Sequence record: SRR22947725_2265
Direction: 5' to 3' (one strand)
Length of the DNA: 39,936 bases
Positions within the stretch are counted from its first letter, which is position 1, and each line of letters opens with the position of its first letter. The translations under genes and the position numbers were made by a program. The notes below the pieces were generated by a model that was given only the letters and a program-made list of their open reading frames with translations, did no database searches and was not told where the DNA came from. Below, piece by piece: positions 29,113 through 38,706 of this stretch.

Positions 29113-29204
29113 GTTTCTTTACAGTTCGGATGTTATTTATCCTTAGTTCACGCCTTACTTCGTGAGGTGCGGGCTTTATTGCCTAAATCATCGAAAGGAC
29201 ACAA

Positions 29205-30596
29205 ATGTCAACACTACGTCGTCGCTTGGTTGCAGTAGGTGCAACCGCGATCGCGTCAACTCTCGTGATTGCTGGTTGTGCAGCAACCGAGGAGGAGACC
29301 ACAAGTGGCTCAACCGGAGGAGACTCTGGCAGCACTGAAGAGACCATGGAAGGCTGCGACTTCTACGCGGACTACATGGGCAACGAGGGCACTGAGGTGG
29401 AGATCTACACCACCATCGTCGACCCAGAGGCCTCACTCTTCATCGACTCATTCGGTGAGTTCGAGGAGTGCACCGGCATCACCATCAACTGGAACGGATC
29501 TCAGGACTTTGAGACCCAGCTTGCAGTTCGTGTTGAAGGTGGCACCGCTCCTGAGCTAGCCATCTTCCCACAGCCAGGTTTGCTAGCAGACACGGTTGCA
29601 ACCGGCGAAATGTTCCCAGCTTCTCAGGCAGTAGCTGACTCAGTGGACGCTAACTACACCGCTGACTGGAAGGTCTACGGAACCGTTGATGGTGTCTTCT
29701 ACGCAGCTCCACTTGGTGCAAACGTAAAGTCATTCGTTTGGTACTCACCAAAGACTTTTGCTGACAACGGCTGGGAAATCCCAACCACTTGGGCAGAGCT
29801 ATTGGCGCTTTCTGACACCATCGCAGCCTCTGGCGCCAGCCAGCCTTGGTGTGTAGGTGTTGAGTCTGGTGTTGCAACCGGTTGGGCAGCTACCGACTGG
29901 ATGGAAGACCTCATGCTCCGCTTCCAGGACGCTGAGACCTACGACCGTTGGGTATCAAACGACCTAGCCTTCAACTCACCTGAGGTTCTTGAGGTAATCA
30001 ACGAGGCAGACAAGATTCTGCGTAACCCAGATTACGTTGGAAACGTTCAGGCTATTGCGACCACCCCATTCAGCACCGCTGGTGGTGGCCTAGTTGACGG
30101 CAGCTGTGCAATGCACCGTCAGGCATCGTTCATCGGTGGAATCTTGGCCGCTGACTTCGGCGCTCAGATCGTTACCCCAGAGGACACCGACGTCGAGGGT
30201 GGAATTACCACCTTCTACTTCCCAGGTGTTTCCGCTGACAACCGCCCTGCCCTCGGTGGTGGCGAGTTCGTTGGTGCCTTCTCTGACCGCCCAGAGGTTC
30301 AGGCAGTACAGCACTACCTGACCACCGCTGAGTGGAACAACAAGAAGGCTGCAGACGGTGGATCATGGTTCTCCGCTCACCTAGGCCTAAAGCAGGAGAG
30401 CGTTGCTGACCCAGTAAACAAGGTCGCAGTTGACATCCTTCAGAACGCCTCAACCTTCCGCTTCGACGCATCTGACCTGATGCCAGGAGCTGTTGGTGCA
30501 GGTACCTTCTGGACCGAGATGACCGCTTGGTTCGCAGAGGGCAAGGACAGCCAGGCAGTGCTAGACGCTATTCAGGCGTCCTGGCCAGCCGACTAG
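29205..30596 (+). CDS. Carbohydrate ABC substrate-binding lipoprotein (AglE/GgtB-like, CUT1)
   Basis: Lipobox IAGC, FPQPG, KSFVWY, WCVGVESGVATGWAATDWMED, FRFDASDLMPGAVG; GAAAGGA SD. Confidence 0.88.
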   Translation: MSTLRRRLVAVGATAIASTLVIAGCAATEEETTSGSTGGDSGSTEETMEGCDFYADYMGNEGTEVEIYTTIVDPEASLFIDSFGEFEECTGITINWNGSQDFETQLAVRVEGGTAPELAIFPQPGLLADTVATGEMFPASQAVADSVDANYTADWKVYGTVDGVFYAAPLGANVKSFVWYSPKTFADNGWEIPTTWAELLALSDTIAASGASQPWCVGVESGVATGWAATDWMEDLMLRFQDAETYDRWVSNDLAFNSPEVLEVINEADKILRNPDYVGNVQAIATTPFSTAGGGLVDGSCAMHRQASFIGGILAADFGAQIVTPEDTDVEGGITTFYFPGVSADNRPALGGGEFVGAFSDRPEVQAVQHYLTTAEWNNKKAADGGSWFSAHLGLKQESVADPVNKVAVDILQNASTFRFDASDLMPGAVGAGTFWTEMTAWFAEGKDSQAVLDAIQASWPAD

Positions 30597-30616
30597 TCTG
30601 TTCTAGTAGACAGAGC

Positions 30617-30650
30617 AACTCGAGGGGCTCGGCAACGGGCCCCTCGAGTT
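30617..30650 (+). terminator. Strong intra-operonic hairpin after the SBP gene (partial terminator or mRNA stabiliser)
   Basis: AACTCGAGGGGCTCG-GCAA-CGGGCCCCTCGAGTT: 15-bp stem, GNRA loop, followed by CTT. Confidence 0.8.
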
Positions 30651-30670
30651 CTTCCTAAGTAAAGAATGGG

Positions 30671-31690
30671 ATGGGAATCTTGACGTTTGGCATTTTGACT
30701 GCCAGAGAGACTGGCTGGGACGTAATTGCTCCTAATCTCACAATCACCATTTTTGGCCTACTTACTTTTGCGGCAGTAATTTTCTTACTCTTCGTCATCG
30801 GAGAGCGCTCGAGCGTCAAAGCTCAAGAGTGGGTCAAGTACCTGGTATTTCTGGTACCAGCTCTTTTTCTTCTCACAATCGGCCTGATCTACCCGGCCAT
30901 TAGAACCCTGTTTCTGTCCTTCATGGACGCCAGGGGCGAGAACTTCATAGGTTTTGACAACTACATCTGGGCGTTTACGAAGCCCGAGATTTTGATAGTA
31001 CTTAGAAACACAATTATTTGGACACTTGCGGTCCCTATCTTTTCCACAACCATTGGCCTTGGAATCGCCTACTTCACCGACCGAATGAAGCGCGGGGCCT
31101 GGGTCAAGTCGCTGATTTTTATGCCCATGGCTATTTCGTTCGTGGGTGCTTCGGTTATTTGGCGGTTTGTCTACGCATACGAGCCAAACCTAAACAAGCC
31201 TGACATCGGCCTCATGAGCGCATTGGCGAAAGCCATCGGTATTGCGGATCCGCCAATTTGGCTTCTCGAAGCTCCAATGAACACTTTCCTGCTCATTGCC
31301 GTAATGGTCTGGATACAGACTGGTTTTGCGATGGTCGTGCTTGGGGCTGCAATGAAGAACATTCCCGACGAAATCGTCGAGGCGTCGATGCTGGATGGGG
31401 CTAGCCAGTGGCGCAGATTCAGCCAAATAACGGTCCCCATGATTCGTTCGACGATTGTCGTCGTTGTCACCACCGTTTTGATTGGAACGCTCAAGGTATT
31501 CGATATCGTTCGCACCATGACGGGCGGTAACTTCGAGACCAACGTCGTGGCCAATGAAATGTTCAACCAGGCTTTCCAGCAAAGAAACTATGGAACCGGT
31601 AGCGCCCTGGCCATACTCCTATTCCTTGGAGTGATCCCGATTGTCGCCTACAACATCAGACAACTTCGCCGCGAAAGGACGGAACGCTAA
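30671..31690 (+). CDS. Carbohydrate ABC permease (AglF/MalF-like)
   Basis: KSLIFMPMAISFVGA, WIQTGFAMV, EASMLDGAS, LKVFD. Confidence 0.92.
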   Translation: MGILTFGILTARETGWDVIAPNLTITIFGLLTFAAVIFLLFVIGERSSVKAQEWVKYLVFLVPALFLLTIGLIYPAIRTLFLSFMDARGENFIGFDNYIWAFTKPEILIVLRNTIIWTLAVPIFSTTIGLGIAYFTDRMKRGAWVKSLIFMPMAISFVGASVIWRFVYAYEPNLNKPDIGLMSALAKAIGIADPPIWLLEAPMNTFLLIAVMVWIQTGFAMVVLGAAMKNIPDEIVEASMLDGASQWRRFSQITVPMIRSTIVVVVTTVLIGTLKVFDIVRTMTGGNFETNVVANEMFNQAFQQRNYGTGSALAILLFLGVIPIVAYNIRQLRRERTER

Positions 31691-32631
31691 TGACTCAATT
31701 GGCACCCAAACCAAGCGGTTTGAAGCTAACCAAGGGCCGCCGCAAGGTAAAAGACGCCTTCAGCTCACCATGGGCCTCATTCTTCGCGATTGTCATCGCA
31801 CTGCTCTGGACGATTCCGACCTTTGGTCTACTGGTTACCTCATTCAGGCCCAAGGTTGACATCGTCACCACGGGTTGGTGGACATTCTTCAGCAATCCAA
31901 ATGTGACTCTCGAGAACTACCAGAGCGTCTTCCTGCAGGGAAACAACGTGACGCCACCGCTGAGCCAATACATCTTTAACAGCTTCGCAATCACGATTCC
32001 AGCGGCCGTTTTCCCGCTGACAATTGCGGTCTTTGCCGCCTATGCCCTGGCCTGGTTTGAATTCAAGGGCCGGGACTTCATCTTCTTCTCGATCTTCGCC
32101 CTGCAGGTGATTCCTCTGCAGCTGACACTGATCCCGCTGCTTCAGCTTTTTGCACGCGGTCAGATCGCTGGCGTTCAGGTCTTGCCCGATATGGAGATAA
32201 CTGGCAGCTACATACCCATCTGGATAGCCCACACCATCTTTGGTCTGCCATTGGCGATCTTCTTGCTGCACAACTTCTTGCGACAGATACCGAGGGAGCT
32301 CGTGGAGGCGGCAAGAGTGGACGGTGCCGGCTGGTTCATGCTTTTCAGAAAGATCATCTTCCCGCTGTCTATCCCTGCGATTGCCTCGTTCGCGATCTTC
32401 CAGTTCCTCTGGGTTTGGAACGACCTTCTGGTCGGATTGACCTTTGGAGGTGGTGTTCGAGAGATTGCTCCGCTCACCGTGAGGCTGGCCGAGATGGTCG
32501 GTACTAGGGGCTCGGGTTGGGAAGTTCTCACGGCAGGAGCATTTATCTCAATGATTGTTCCGCTGATTGTCTTCTTTACTCTCCAGCGCTACTTCATACG
32601 AGGTTTGCTGGCTGGTTCTGTGAAGGGCTAG
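31690..32631 (+). CDS. Carbohydrate ABC permease (AglG/MalG-like)
   Basis: LVTSFRP, EAARVDGA, FQFLWVWND, QRYFIRGLLAGSVKG. Confidence 0.92.
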   Translation: MTQLAPKPSGLKLTKGRRKVKDAFSSPWASFFAIVIALLWTIPTFGLLVTSFRPKVDIVTTGWWTFFSNPNVTLENYQSVFLQGNNVTPPLSQYIFNSFAITIPAAVFPLTIAVFAAYALAWFEFKGRDFIFFSIFALQVIPLQLTLIPLLQLFARGQIAGVQVLPDMEITGSYIPIWIAHTIFGLPLAIFLLHNFLRQIPRELVEAARVDGAGWFMLFRKIIFPLSIPAIASFAIFQFLWVWNDLLVGLTFGGGVREIAPLTVRLAEMVGTRGSGWEVLTAGAFISMIVPLIVFFTLQRYFIRGLLAGSVKG

Positions 32632-34007
32632 CCCCTAGCTTCAACCATCGCCTTAATCAGCTTCGCGCTGTCCTTTGGAGTTCTAACCTGGCTTACGTGG
32701 TCCACGTAGATGATTCCAAAGCGCTTGGCTAGTCCCTCGGCCCACTCGATGTTGTCAAGTAGCGACCAGGCAAAGTAGCCCCTGAGGTCAACCCCCTGAT
32801 CCTTGGCATCCAATGCTGCTGAGATGTGGTTGAGGAAGTAGGAGACTCGGCCGTTGTCGTGGACCTCGCCGTCAACAAGCTTGTCATCAAAAGCGCCGCC
32901 GTTTTCGGTTATGTATAGCGGGACACCTGGCAGGCGGTCTGCAGTTTGTTTCAGTGTGCTGGTAATCGAGGGGGCGTGAATCTCCCAACCCATCTCGGTC
33001 CTTGGCTCGAGGGGGTTCATTGCTGCCCCAGCCGGTGTTCCGGGGAAAAGCGAGAAGTCCTGGCCAACGGCCTTCTTGGATTGTTCGCTAGCTGCAATCA
33101 GTCGGAACGGGGTGTAGTAGTTGATGCCAAGCCAATCTATTGGCGCGGCAATCTTCTTTAGCTGCTCCTGATCCACAAAAGCCCAGTCGGTAATGTCTTT
33201 GGTCCGCTCGATCAGCTGACCATCCATCGGTCGTCCAGCAAGTAGGTCTAGCCAGAAGCGATTTTGGAGTAGGTCGACGTAGTCAGCTACCGGCTCAACC
33301 TCGGCATCGTCGGCGATGACGGTTGTGAGGTTCAGGACGGTTCCGAGGTTGCTCAGTCCGTGTGAACGGAGAACTTCTAGGCCCGAGGCATGTGCCGTCA
33401 TGAGCCGGAAGGCAGCCTCAAGTCCTTTGGCAGGATCTCCGTGCCCTGGGGCGTGAATCTTTGTGGCATAGCCCAAGAAGGCTGATACCCACGGTTCATT
33501 CAGTGTTGCCCACATCGAAACTCGGTCACCAAGACGTTTAGCCACCAGGTCTGTGTAGTCGGCGAAGCGTTTGTGAATATCGCTGTTGTTCCAACCGCCA
33601 ATGGCCTCGAGCTCACTTGGGAGATCCCAGTGATAGAGGGTTAGCACCGGCTTTATGTTTCTCTTAATCAGTCCGTCAACTAGGCGCTCGTAAAAACCCA
33701 GGCCCTTGTCGCTTGCACCTTTTGCCTGCGGCATCACCCTGGGCCAGGAAACCGAGAATCTATAGGCATCGACCCCCAGCCACGCAAGGTGGTCAAGGTC
33801 CTCTTCCAGCCTGTTGACGTGGTCACACGCTGGATCTGCGAGGGTGCCATCGGCAATGTTTCCGGGAACGGCAGCAAAGTCGTCCCAGATGCTGCGACCT
33901 CGCCCTGCGCTATCGCCCTCGACCTGCCAAGAGGCGGTTGCAGCGCCAACAATGAAATCGCTGGGAATTCTTTGGGAAAGGTTGTTTATTGCCGTAGTGT
34001 CTAACAT
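32628..34007 (-). CDS. GH1 family beta-glucosidase
   Basis: ATASWQVEG, YRFSVSWPR, TLYHWDLP, TLNEP, YITENG, WSLLDNIEWAEG; ATG 34007 is 6 nt after TAGACT. Confidence 0.94.
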   Translation of the reverse strand: MLDTTAINNLSQRIPSDFIVGAATASWQVEGDSAGRGRSIWDDFAAVPGNIADGTLADPACDHVNRLEEDLDHLAWLGVDAYRFSVSWPRVMPQAKGASDKGLGFYERLVDGLIKRNIKPVLTLYHWDLPSELEAIGGWNNSDIHKRFADYTDLVAKRLGDRVSMWATLNEPWVSAFLGYATKIHAPGHGDPAKGLEAAFRLMTAHASGLEVLRSHGLSNLGTVLNLTTVIADDAEVEPVADYVDLLQNRFWLDLLAGRPMDGQLIERTKDITDWAFVDQEQLKKIAAPIDWLGINYYTPFRLIAASEQSKKAVGQDFSLFPGTPAGAAMNPLEPRTEMGWEIHAPSITSTLKQTADRLPGVPLYITENGGAFDDKLVDGEVHDNGRVSYFLNHISAALDAKDQGVDLRGYFAWSLLDNIEWAEGLAKRFGIIYVDHVSQVRTPKDSAKLIKAMVEARG

Positions 34008-34037
34008 AACCAAAGTCTAGTTTTCATAGGCAGACGA

Positions 34038-35249
34038 TTGAGCCAATCAGAGTTCCAATTTATTGAACCAGAGCGCCCCAAGCGGAGGCGCTGGATTCGC
34101 TATTTACTCCTTGCCATTGCTGCAACGGTGACAGTTGCAATGGTGACTCTTGGAGGTGGCGTAGTTTATGTTTCGACACAACTCAGAGCTGCCGGCATTG
34201 AGGTGTTTTCAACAGACGGTGAAACGTTTGACCTTCCAACTGCCGAAGAAATAAATGGCCCCATCAATCTGCTTCTGATTGGTTCAGATACCCGCGAGGG
34301 CCAGGGCTCAACTGCCTATGGACCGGTTGGTGCAGAGCTTGCGGACGTGATCATTCTCCTTCACATCAACGAGGAGCGCTCCAACGCGGTAGCGATGAGC
34401 TTTCCAAGAGACCTTATGATTGCAGTTCCCGAGTGTCCCAACCCCGAAGGTGGTGCGCCATACCCGGCTAAAGAGTTTGCACAGATTAACGCAACCATGA
34501 ACTACGGGGGCCCTGCCTGCACACTCCTTGCCGTGCAATCGCTCACGGGCATAGAGATCCCATACCTAGCCATGATTGATTTCAAGGGCGTTATCGCAAT
34601 GAGCGAGGCAGTTGGCGGTGTTGATGTCTGTGTGGCAGAGCCAATTAACGACGACTACACACAGCTTTATCTCGATGCCGGAGAGCACACCCTCATCGGT
34701 GAGGAGGCACTTGCCTTCTTGCGAACCCGACATGGAGTTGGCGATGGCTCTGACCTGTCTCGAATATCAAACCAACAGGTCTTCTTGACTTCGCTGGTGA
34801 GAAAGCTCAAAGACGAGGGTGCTCTTACAAACCCCTTCACCATGTTCCGTTTGGGCACGGCAGCACTGAACAACATGACCCTCTCCAGAAGCCTCACAGA
34901 CCTTGGCGTTATCTATGGCATGGCTAGGGAGGTCAACGACGTTGACCTGGACAAGATCACATTCCTGAAGCTGCCGGTCTATGACTTAGAGGGCGACTTC
35001 GCCGGAAGGGTCGGTGTCTCCACTGAGCGAGCGACATTGCTCTTTGACAAGCTCGCCAATGATGAGCCGCTAGTTCTGGCTGAGCCAAACATCGGTCCTG
35101 GTGCTGTCGTTGCAGAAGACAGCCAACCAGCCGAGGCCGAATCTGAGGAGGGCCTAGAGCCAACTGAGGGCTCAGTAAGCGAGTCCGAGGACATCTTGCC
35201 GGACTGGGTTCAGGGAACTAACGCCTCAGTCAAGAGCTGTTCAAGCTAG
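34038..35249 (+). CDS. LCP (LytR-CpsA-Psr) family cell-wall glycopolymer ligase
   Basis: N-terminal TM, LLIGSDTR, SFPRD, FLRTRHG..SDLSRISNQQ. Confidence 0.92.
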   Translation: MSQSEFQFIEPERPKRRRWIRYLLLAIAATVTVAMVTLGGGVVYVSTQLRAAGIEVFSTDGETFDLPTAEEINGPINLLLIGSDTREGQGSTAYGPVGAELADVIILLHINEERSNAVAMSFPRDLMIAVPECPNPEGGAPYPAKEFAQINATMNYGGPACTLLAVQSLTGIEIPYLAMIDFKGVIAMSEAVGGVDVCVAEPINDDYTQLYLDAGEHTLIGEEALAFLRTRHGVGDGSDLSRISNQQVFLTSLVRKLKDEGALTNPFTMFRLGTAALNNMTLSRSLTDLGVIYGMAREVNDVDLDKITFLKLPVYDLEGDFAGRVGVSTERATLLFDKLANDEPLVLAEPNIGPGAVVAEDSQPAEAESEEGLEPTEGSVSESEDILPDWVQGTNASVKSCSS

Positions 35250-35290
35250 TTTCTCTAGAGGTGCGTTTTCTTATAGGCTTTCAGGGCACT

Positions 35291-35384
<94 letters not shown>

Positions 35385-35423
35385 GTGAACCGAGACTAGG
35401 TTTTAGAGCTTTAGCTTGTGGGG

Positions 35424-35711
35424 TTAGAGGCCACTCAGGAACCGAAGTTTGGTCTTGTCCCTTGTGACAGCCTCTGCGAGCTTGTTTGTCTCTCGGACAT
35501 GGACCGTGGACATGTGCTGTTCCCAGGCGTCTTTCGACTCCCACTTTTCAAGCATCAGCCAGTGGTCCGCATCTTGCTCAATCACTAGGTCGTAAAGCAA
35601 ACAACCTGGCTCTTCGAGTGTGTTTTTCACGAGAGCATCAAATAATGAGTGTGCTGCATCGATTTTGTCGGGGTGCGGGAAAATCTCTGCAATTAGGTAA
35701 AGGGGCTTCAT
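35424..35711 (-). CDS. ABM-family protein (putative quinol monooxygenase, LsrG/YgiN-like)
   Basis: 95 aa, EEPGCLLYDL, LEKWES..AWEQHM..H; ATGA overlap with the ATPase stop. Confidence 0.85.
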   Translation of the reverse strand: MKPLYLIAEIFPHPDKIDAAHSLFDALVKNTLEEPGCLLYDLVIEQDADHWLMLEKWESKDAWEQHMSTVHVRETNKLAEAVTRDKTKLRFLSGL

Positions 35712-36487
35712 TCGCTATCTTCTGGGATGGTTGTGATGGTTCCAGTGATGGTTCCAACAAGGGTGTCGCCATTGAACTCACTTGTAGGGGCATCGCGCAC
35801 TACCCGACCAAGTCGAAGAACGACGATGCGGTCCGTGACCTCTAGCACGTGCGGGAGGGTGTGTGAAATGAAGATAACCCCGAGGCCCTTCTTTTTCGCT
35901 TCCTTGATTACCTGCAACACCTCGCCCGCTTGTCTGGCACCAAGGTGATTAGTTGGCTCATCCAAGATGATCACTTTTCTTGCCCAGGCCACAGCGCGAC
36001 CGATTGCTACTGCTTGTCGCTGACCACCAGAAAGCTGACTAACAGACCTGTTTGAAGCCGGAACTGCGATGCCAACTCTCTCAAGTTCTGCGTGGGCCTT
36101 TTCTTCCATGGCCTTTGAATCGAGAAAGCCTAGTTTTCCAAGTAATCCCTTTTTTAGAATCTCGCGACCGAGGAAAACGTTCTTGCTGACTGTCAGATGA
36201 GGAGCAAGGCCAGAGTCCTGATACAGCGTTTCAATGCCAGATTCCAAAGCCTGCCTCGGGTTTTCCCAGGAAACTTTCTTGCCGTCAAGGAACATCTCTC
36301 CCTCATCTGGCATGTGTGCACCGGAGAGGACTTTCACGAGCGTTGACTTACCAGCGCCGTTGTCCCCTACTAAACCAACAACTTCTCCGGCGTGCAGCTT
36401 CAGGCTCGCTCCTTCAAGAGCAACGACGGATCCGTAGCGCTTGGATACGCCTTTTACTTCGTAAATTACCTCAGACATCGTTGTCAT
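35708..36487 (-). CDS. Sugar ABC ATP-binding protein (single domain, CUT2)
   Basis: GDNGAGKST, LSGGQRQ, ILDEPT, ISH. Confidence 0.94.
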   Translation of the reverse strand: MTTMSEVIYEVKGVSKRYGSVVALEGASLKLHAGEVVGLVGDNGAGKSTLVKVLSGAHMPDEGEMFLDGKKVSWENPRQALESGIETLYQDSGLAPHLTVSKNVFLGREILKKGLLGKLGFLDSKAMEEKAHAELERVGIAVPASNRSVSQLSGGQRQAVAIGRAVAWARKVIILDEPTNHLGARQAGEVLQVIKEAKKKGLGVIFISHTLPHVLEVTDRIVVLRLGRVVRDAPTSEFNGDTLVGTITGTITTIPEDSE

Positions 36488-37503
36488 TTCCGCCTGTTCT
36501 CGGGTCTTAGAGTTTGAGCCGCTACCGCAGCTGCAATGAGTACTGCAACGACGACCTTTTTCCAGTCTGGGGCAACCCCGGCCATGATCAGTCCGGATTG
36601 CACCGTGAAAAGAATTAGTGCACCAAGCACGGTGCCAATCATTCGACCGACGCCGCCCATCAGAGAGGCACCACCGATTACAACGGCGGCGATTGCGTCT
36701 AGCTCGCGCATGGTTCCGGATGACGGAGATCCTGCCCCAAGACGCAGATATACATAGAAGCCGGCAAGCCCAGCAAGAGCCCCTGCAAGGGCATAGACCT
36801 TGGTCAGGTGCCGCTCAACGTTAATGCCAGCAGCTCGAGCTGCGAACTGGTTGGAGCCAATGGCATAGGTGTGAAGGCCAAAGCGTGACTTGTGCAGGAA
36901 AAGGCCAACCAAAGTCACGACGATGATTACTCCAACAACAGCCCAGCTCAGTGGCATCCAGTCAGGGTTGATTGGTGAGATAAGGCTGAAATCATTCGGA
37001 CCACCAATTGGCATGCCGTTAGAAATGATGATTGCAAAACCCAGCGTTGCTCCCATAGTGGAGAGGGTCGCAACGAAAGGGACAATCTTGAGTCTTGTAA
37101 TGAGGAACGCGTTGATAAGACCAACTGTTAGGCCCGTACCAACGGCGGTGAGGGCACCGATGATTAGTGGTGGATAAGCATCTGGGCCTGAGGTCGTGAT
37201 GTCAAAACCAAGAACCACAGACATGATCCATGCCGAGGTGACACCGCTGATTGCCAGGATGCCACCTACGGACAGATCAATTCCACCGGAAATGATTACA
37301 AGGGTTTGTCCAGCAGCCAGAAGCACCACAGAACCCCAGTCGGTCAGGATGTTTCCCGCCGTTGCTACTGAGAAGAACTTTGGCTCTGCCAGGGTGAATA
37401 CGATTGCAAGGGCGATTAGAACGGAAAGCAGAATCGAGTTCTGATTACCGGCTACCGCTTTGAACCGCTCCCACCTAAGTAGTTGCTGCTGACTGCTGGA
37501 CAT
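36484..37503 (-). CDS. Monosaccharide/polyol ABC permease (RbsC-like)
   Basis: GGIDLSVG, PFVATL, YAIGSN..AARAAGI, ELDAIAAVVIGGASLMGG. Confidence 0.94.
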   Translation of the reverse strand: MSSSQQQLLRWERFKAVAGNQNSILLSVLIALAIVFTLAEPKFFSVATAGNILTDWGSVVLLAAGQTLVIISGGIDLSVGGILAISGVTSAWIMSVVLGFDITTSGPDAYPPLIIGALTAVGTGLTVGLINAFLITRLKIVPFVATLSTMGATLGFAIIISNGMPIGGPNDFSLISPINPDWMPLSWAVVGVIIVVTLVGLFLHKSRFGLHTYAIGSNQFAARAAGINVERHLTKVYALAGALAGLAGFYVYLRLGAGSPSSGTMRELDAIAAVVIGGASLMGGVGRMIGTVLGALILFTVQSGLIMAGVAPDWKKVVVAVLIAAAVAAQTLRPENRRK

Positions 37504-37534
37504 TCAATACTCCCTTGTATCTTGTTGCTTAGAC

Positions 37535-38569
37535 CTAGTTGGCTACGTAGGTGTACTTCACTAGGTCAGCCTCAGAAGTGTTTGCATCCAAGGTCACGTT
37601 TGGAATTACTACCTCAGCAGATGCTGGGGAGTTTCCATTACGTAGGTAGTCAACCAGAGTCTGAATCGCTAGGCGAGCTTCTGCAGCTGGGTCCTGAGCG
37701 ATAAGCGCAGTGAAGATACCAGCCTTGATCTTGGCAACGTTGTCTGGGTAGGCGTCGTAACCAACCAGAGCAACCTGACCAACTAGACCCTTTGACTCAA
37801 GTGCAGCAGCTGCACCTGAAGCGTTGGTTCCATCGATGGCGAAGATGCCGTCTAGGTCTGGGTACTTGGTTAGCCAGTTGTTGACGTTGGTAGCGGCCTT
37901 CTCAGGGTTTGACTCTGAGTAAGCAACATCCACGATCTGGATTCCTGGGTAGTTAGCCGCGATGGTTGACTCGAAGCCTTCCTTGCGGGCAACGTTGGTG
38001 GTTGCAGTCGCGCTAGTTAGACCAATAACAACCTCGTAGGTCTCGCCATCGGTGTAGCCAATAGCGTTAGCAATTGCCTCAGCAGCCTTTGCCCCACCGT
38101 CTTCGTTGTCGCCGGTGATGAAGATCAGCACGTCGCTCAGGTCGCCAACACGGGTGTCAACGTTTGCCACAACAATTCCTGCTGCAACAGCCTTCGCAAC
38201 CGAAGCCTGAAGTGCAGTTGGGTCAGTTGGAATTAGAACCAGACCATCTGGCTGCTGAGCCAAAACAGCGTCAACAATTGGAATCTGAGTCTCTGGTGAG
38301 TAGTTTGATGGGTCGCCCTGCCAAATGAGGTTTACGCCCTGTGCAGCTGCTTCCTCTTCAGCTCCAAGCTTCATAGCCTGGAAGAAAGGGTCGCTCTCAG
38401 CACCCATTACGAATGCAATGGTTAGTTCCTCAGCAGTTGCATCCGCACCTGAAGTGGATGTTGCGGTTGGGGTAGTGGTTGTCTCCTGAGCTGCACATCC
38501 TGCCGCACCTAGGATCAAAGCCATTGCACCTGCGAGAGCCCCTGCTCGCTTGAAAATGCTCTTTCTCAA
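37535..38569 (-). CDS. Monosaccharide/polyol ABC substrate-binding lipoprotein (RbsB-like)
   Basis: Start TTG 38569 after AAAGGAG; lipobox AAGC, DPFF, GDNEDGG, VGYD, IAQDP. Confidence 0.9.
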   Translation of the reverse strand: MRKSIFKRAGALAGAMALILGAAGCAAQETTTTPTATSTSGADATAEELTIAFVMGAESDPFFQAMKLGAEEEAAAQGVNLIWQGDPSNYSPETQIPIVDAVLAQQPDGLVLIPTDPTALQASVAKAVAAGIVVANVDTRVGDLSDVLIFITGDNEDGGAKAAEAIANAIGYTDGETYEVVIGLTSATATTNVARKEGFESTIAANYPGIQIVDVAYSESNPEKAATNVNNWLTKYPDLDGIFAIDGTNASGAAAALESKGLVGQVALVGYDAYPDNVAKIKAGIFTALIAQDPAAEARLAIQTLVDYLRNGNSPASAEVVIPNVTLDANTSEADLVKYTYVAN

Positions 38570-38603
38570 TTTTTCTCCTTTGAAAGTGGTTTTTTGCGAG
38601 AAA

Positions 38604-38621
38604 TGCGAGAACGTTCTCGCA
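38604..38621. promoter_or_regulatory. LacI-family operator
   Basis: Perfect 18-bp palindrome TGCGAGAACGTTCTCGCA with central CG between the divergent SBP and LacI genes; extra half-site TGCGAGAA at 38595-38602. Confidence 0.8.
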
Positions 38622-38706
38622 AATCTTGCTACTATGCTGGCAAGGGATTCTAAATTCATGCAACTTTTTCGGATAACAGTTGTGTCACGGTTTGTAGGAG
38701 CAGTGT

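Noticed and set aside
28737-29165. ORFs 28737-29033 (-) and 28938-29165 (+), and likewise 35281-35544 (-)
   Set aside because: They overlap tRNA genes; peptides such as AEAVGFEPT are the usual antisense-tRNA artefacts.
35400-35410. GTTTTAGAGCT, identical to the start of the S. pyogenes type II-A CRISPR repeat
   Set aside because: Single 11-bp match with no further repeats, spacers or cas genes; consistent with chance.
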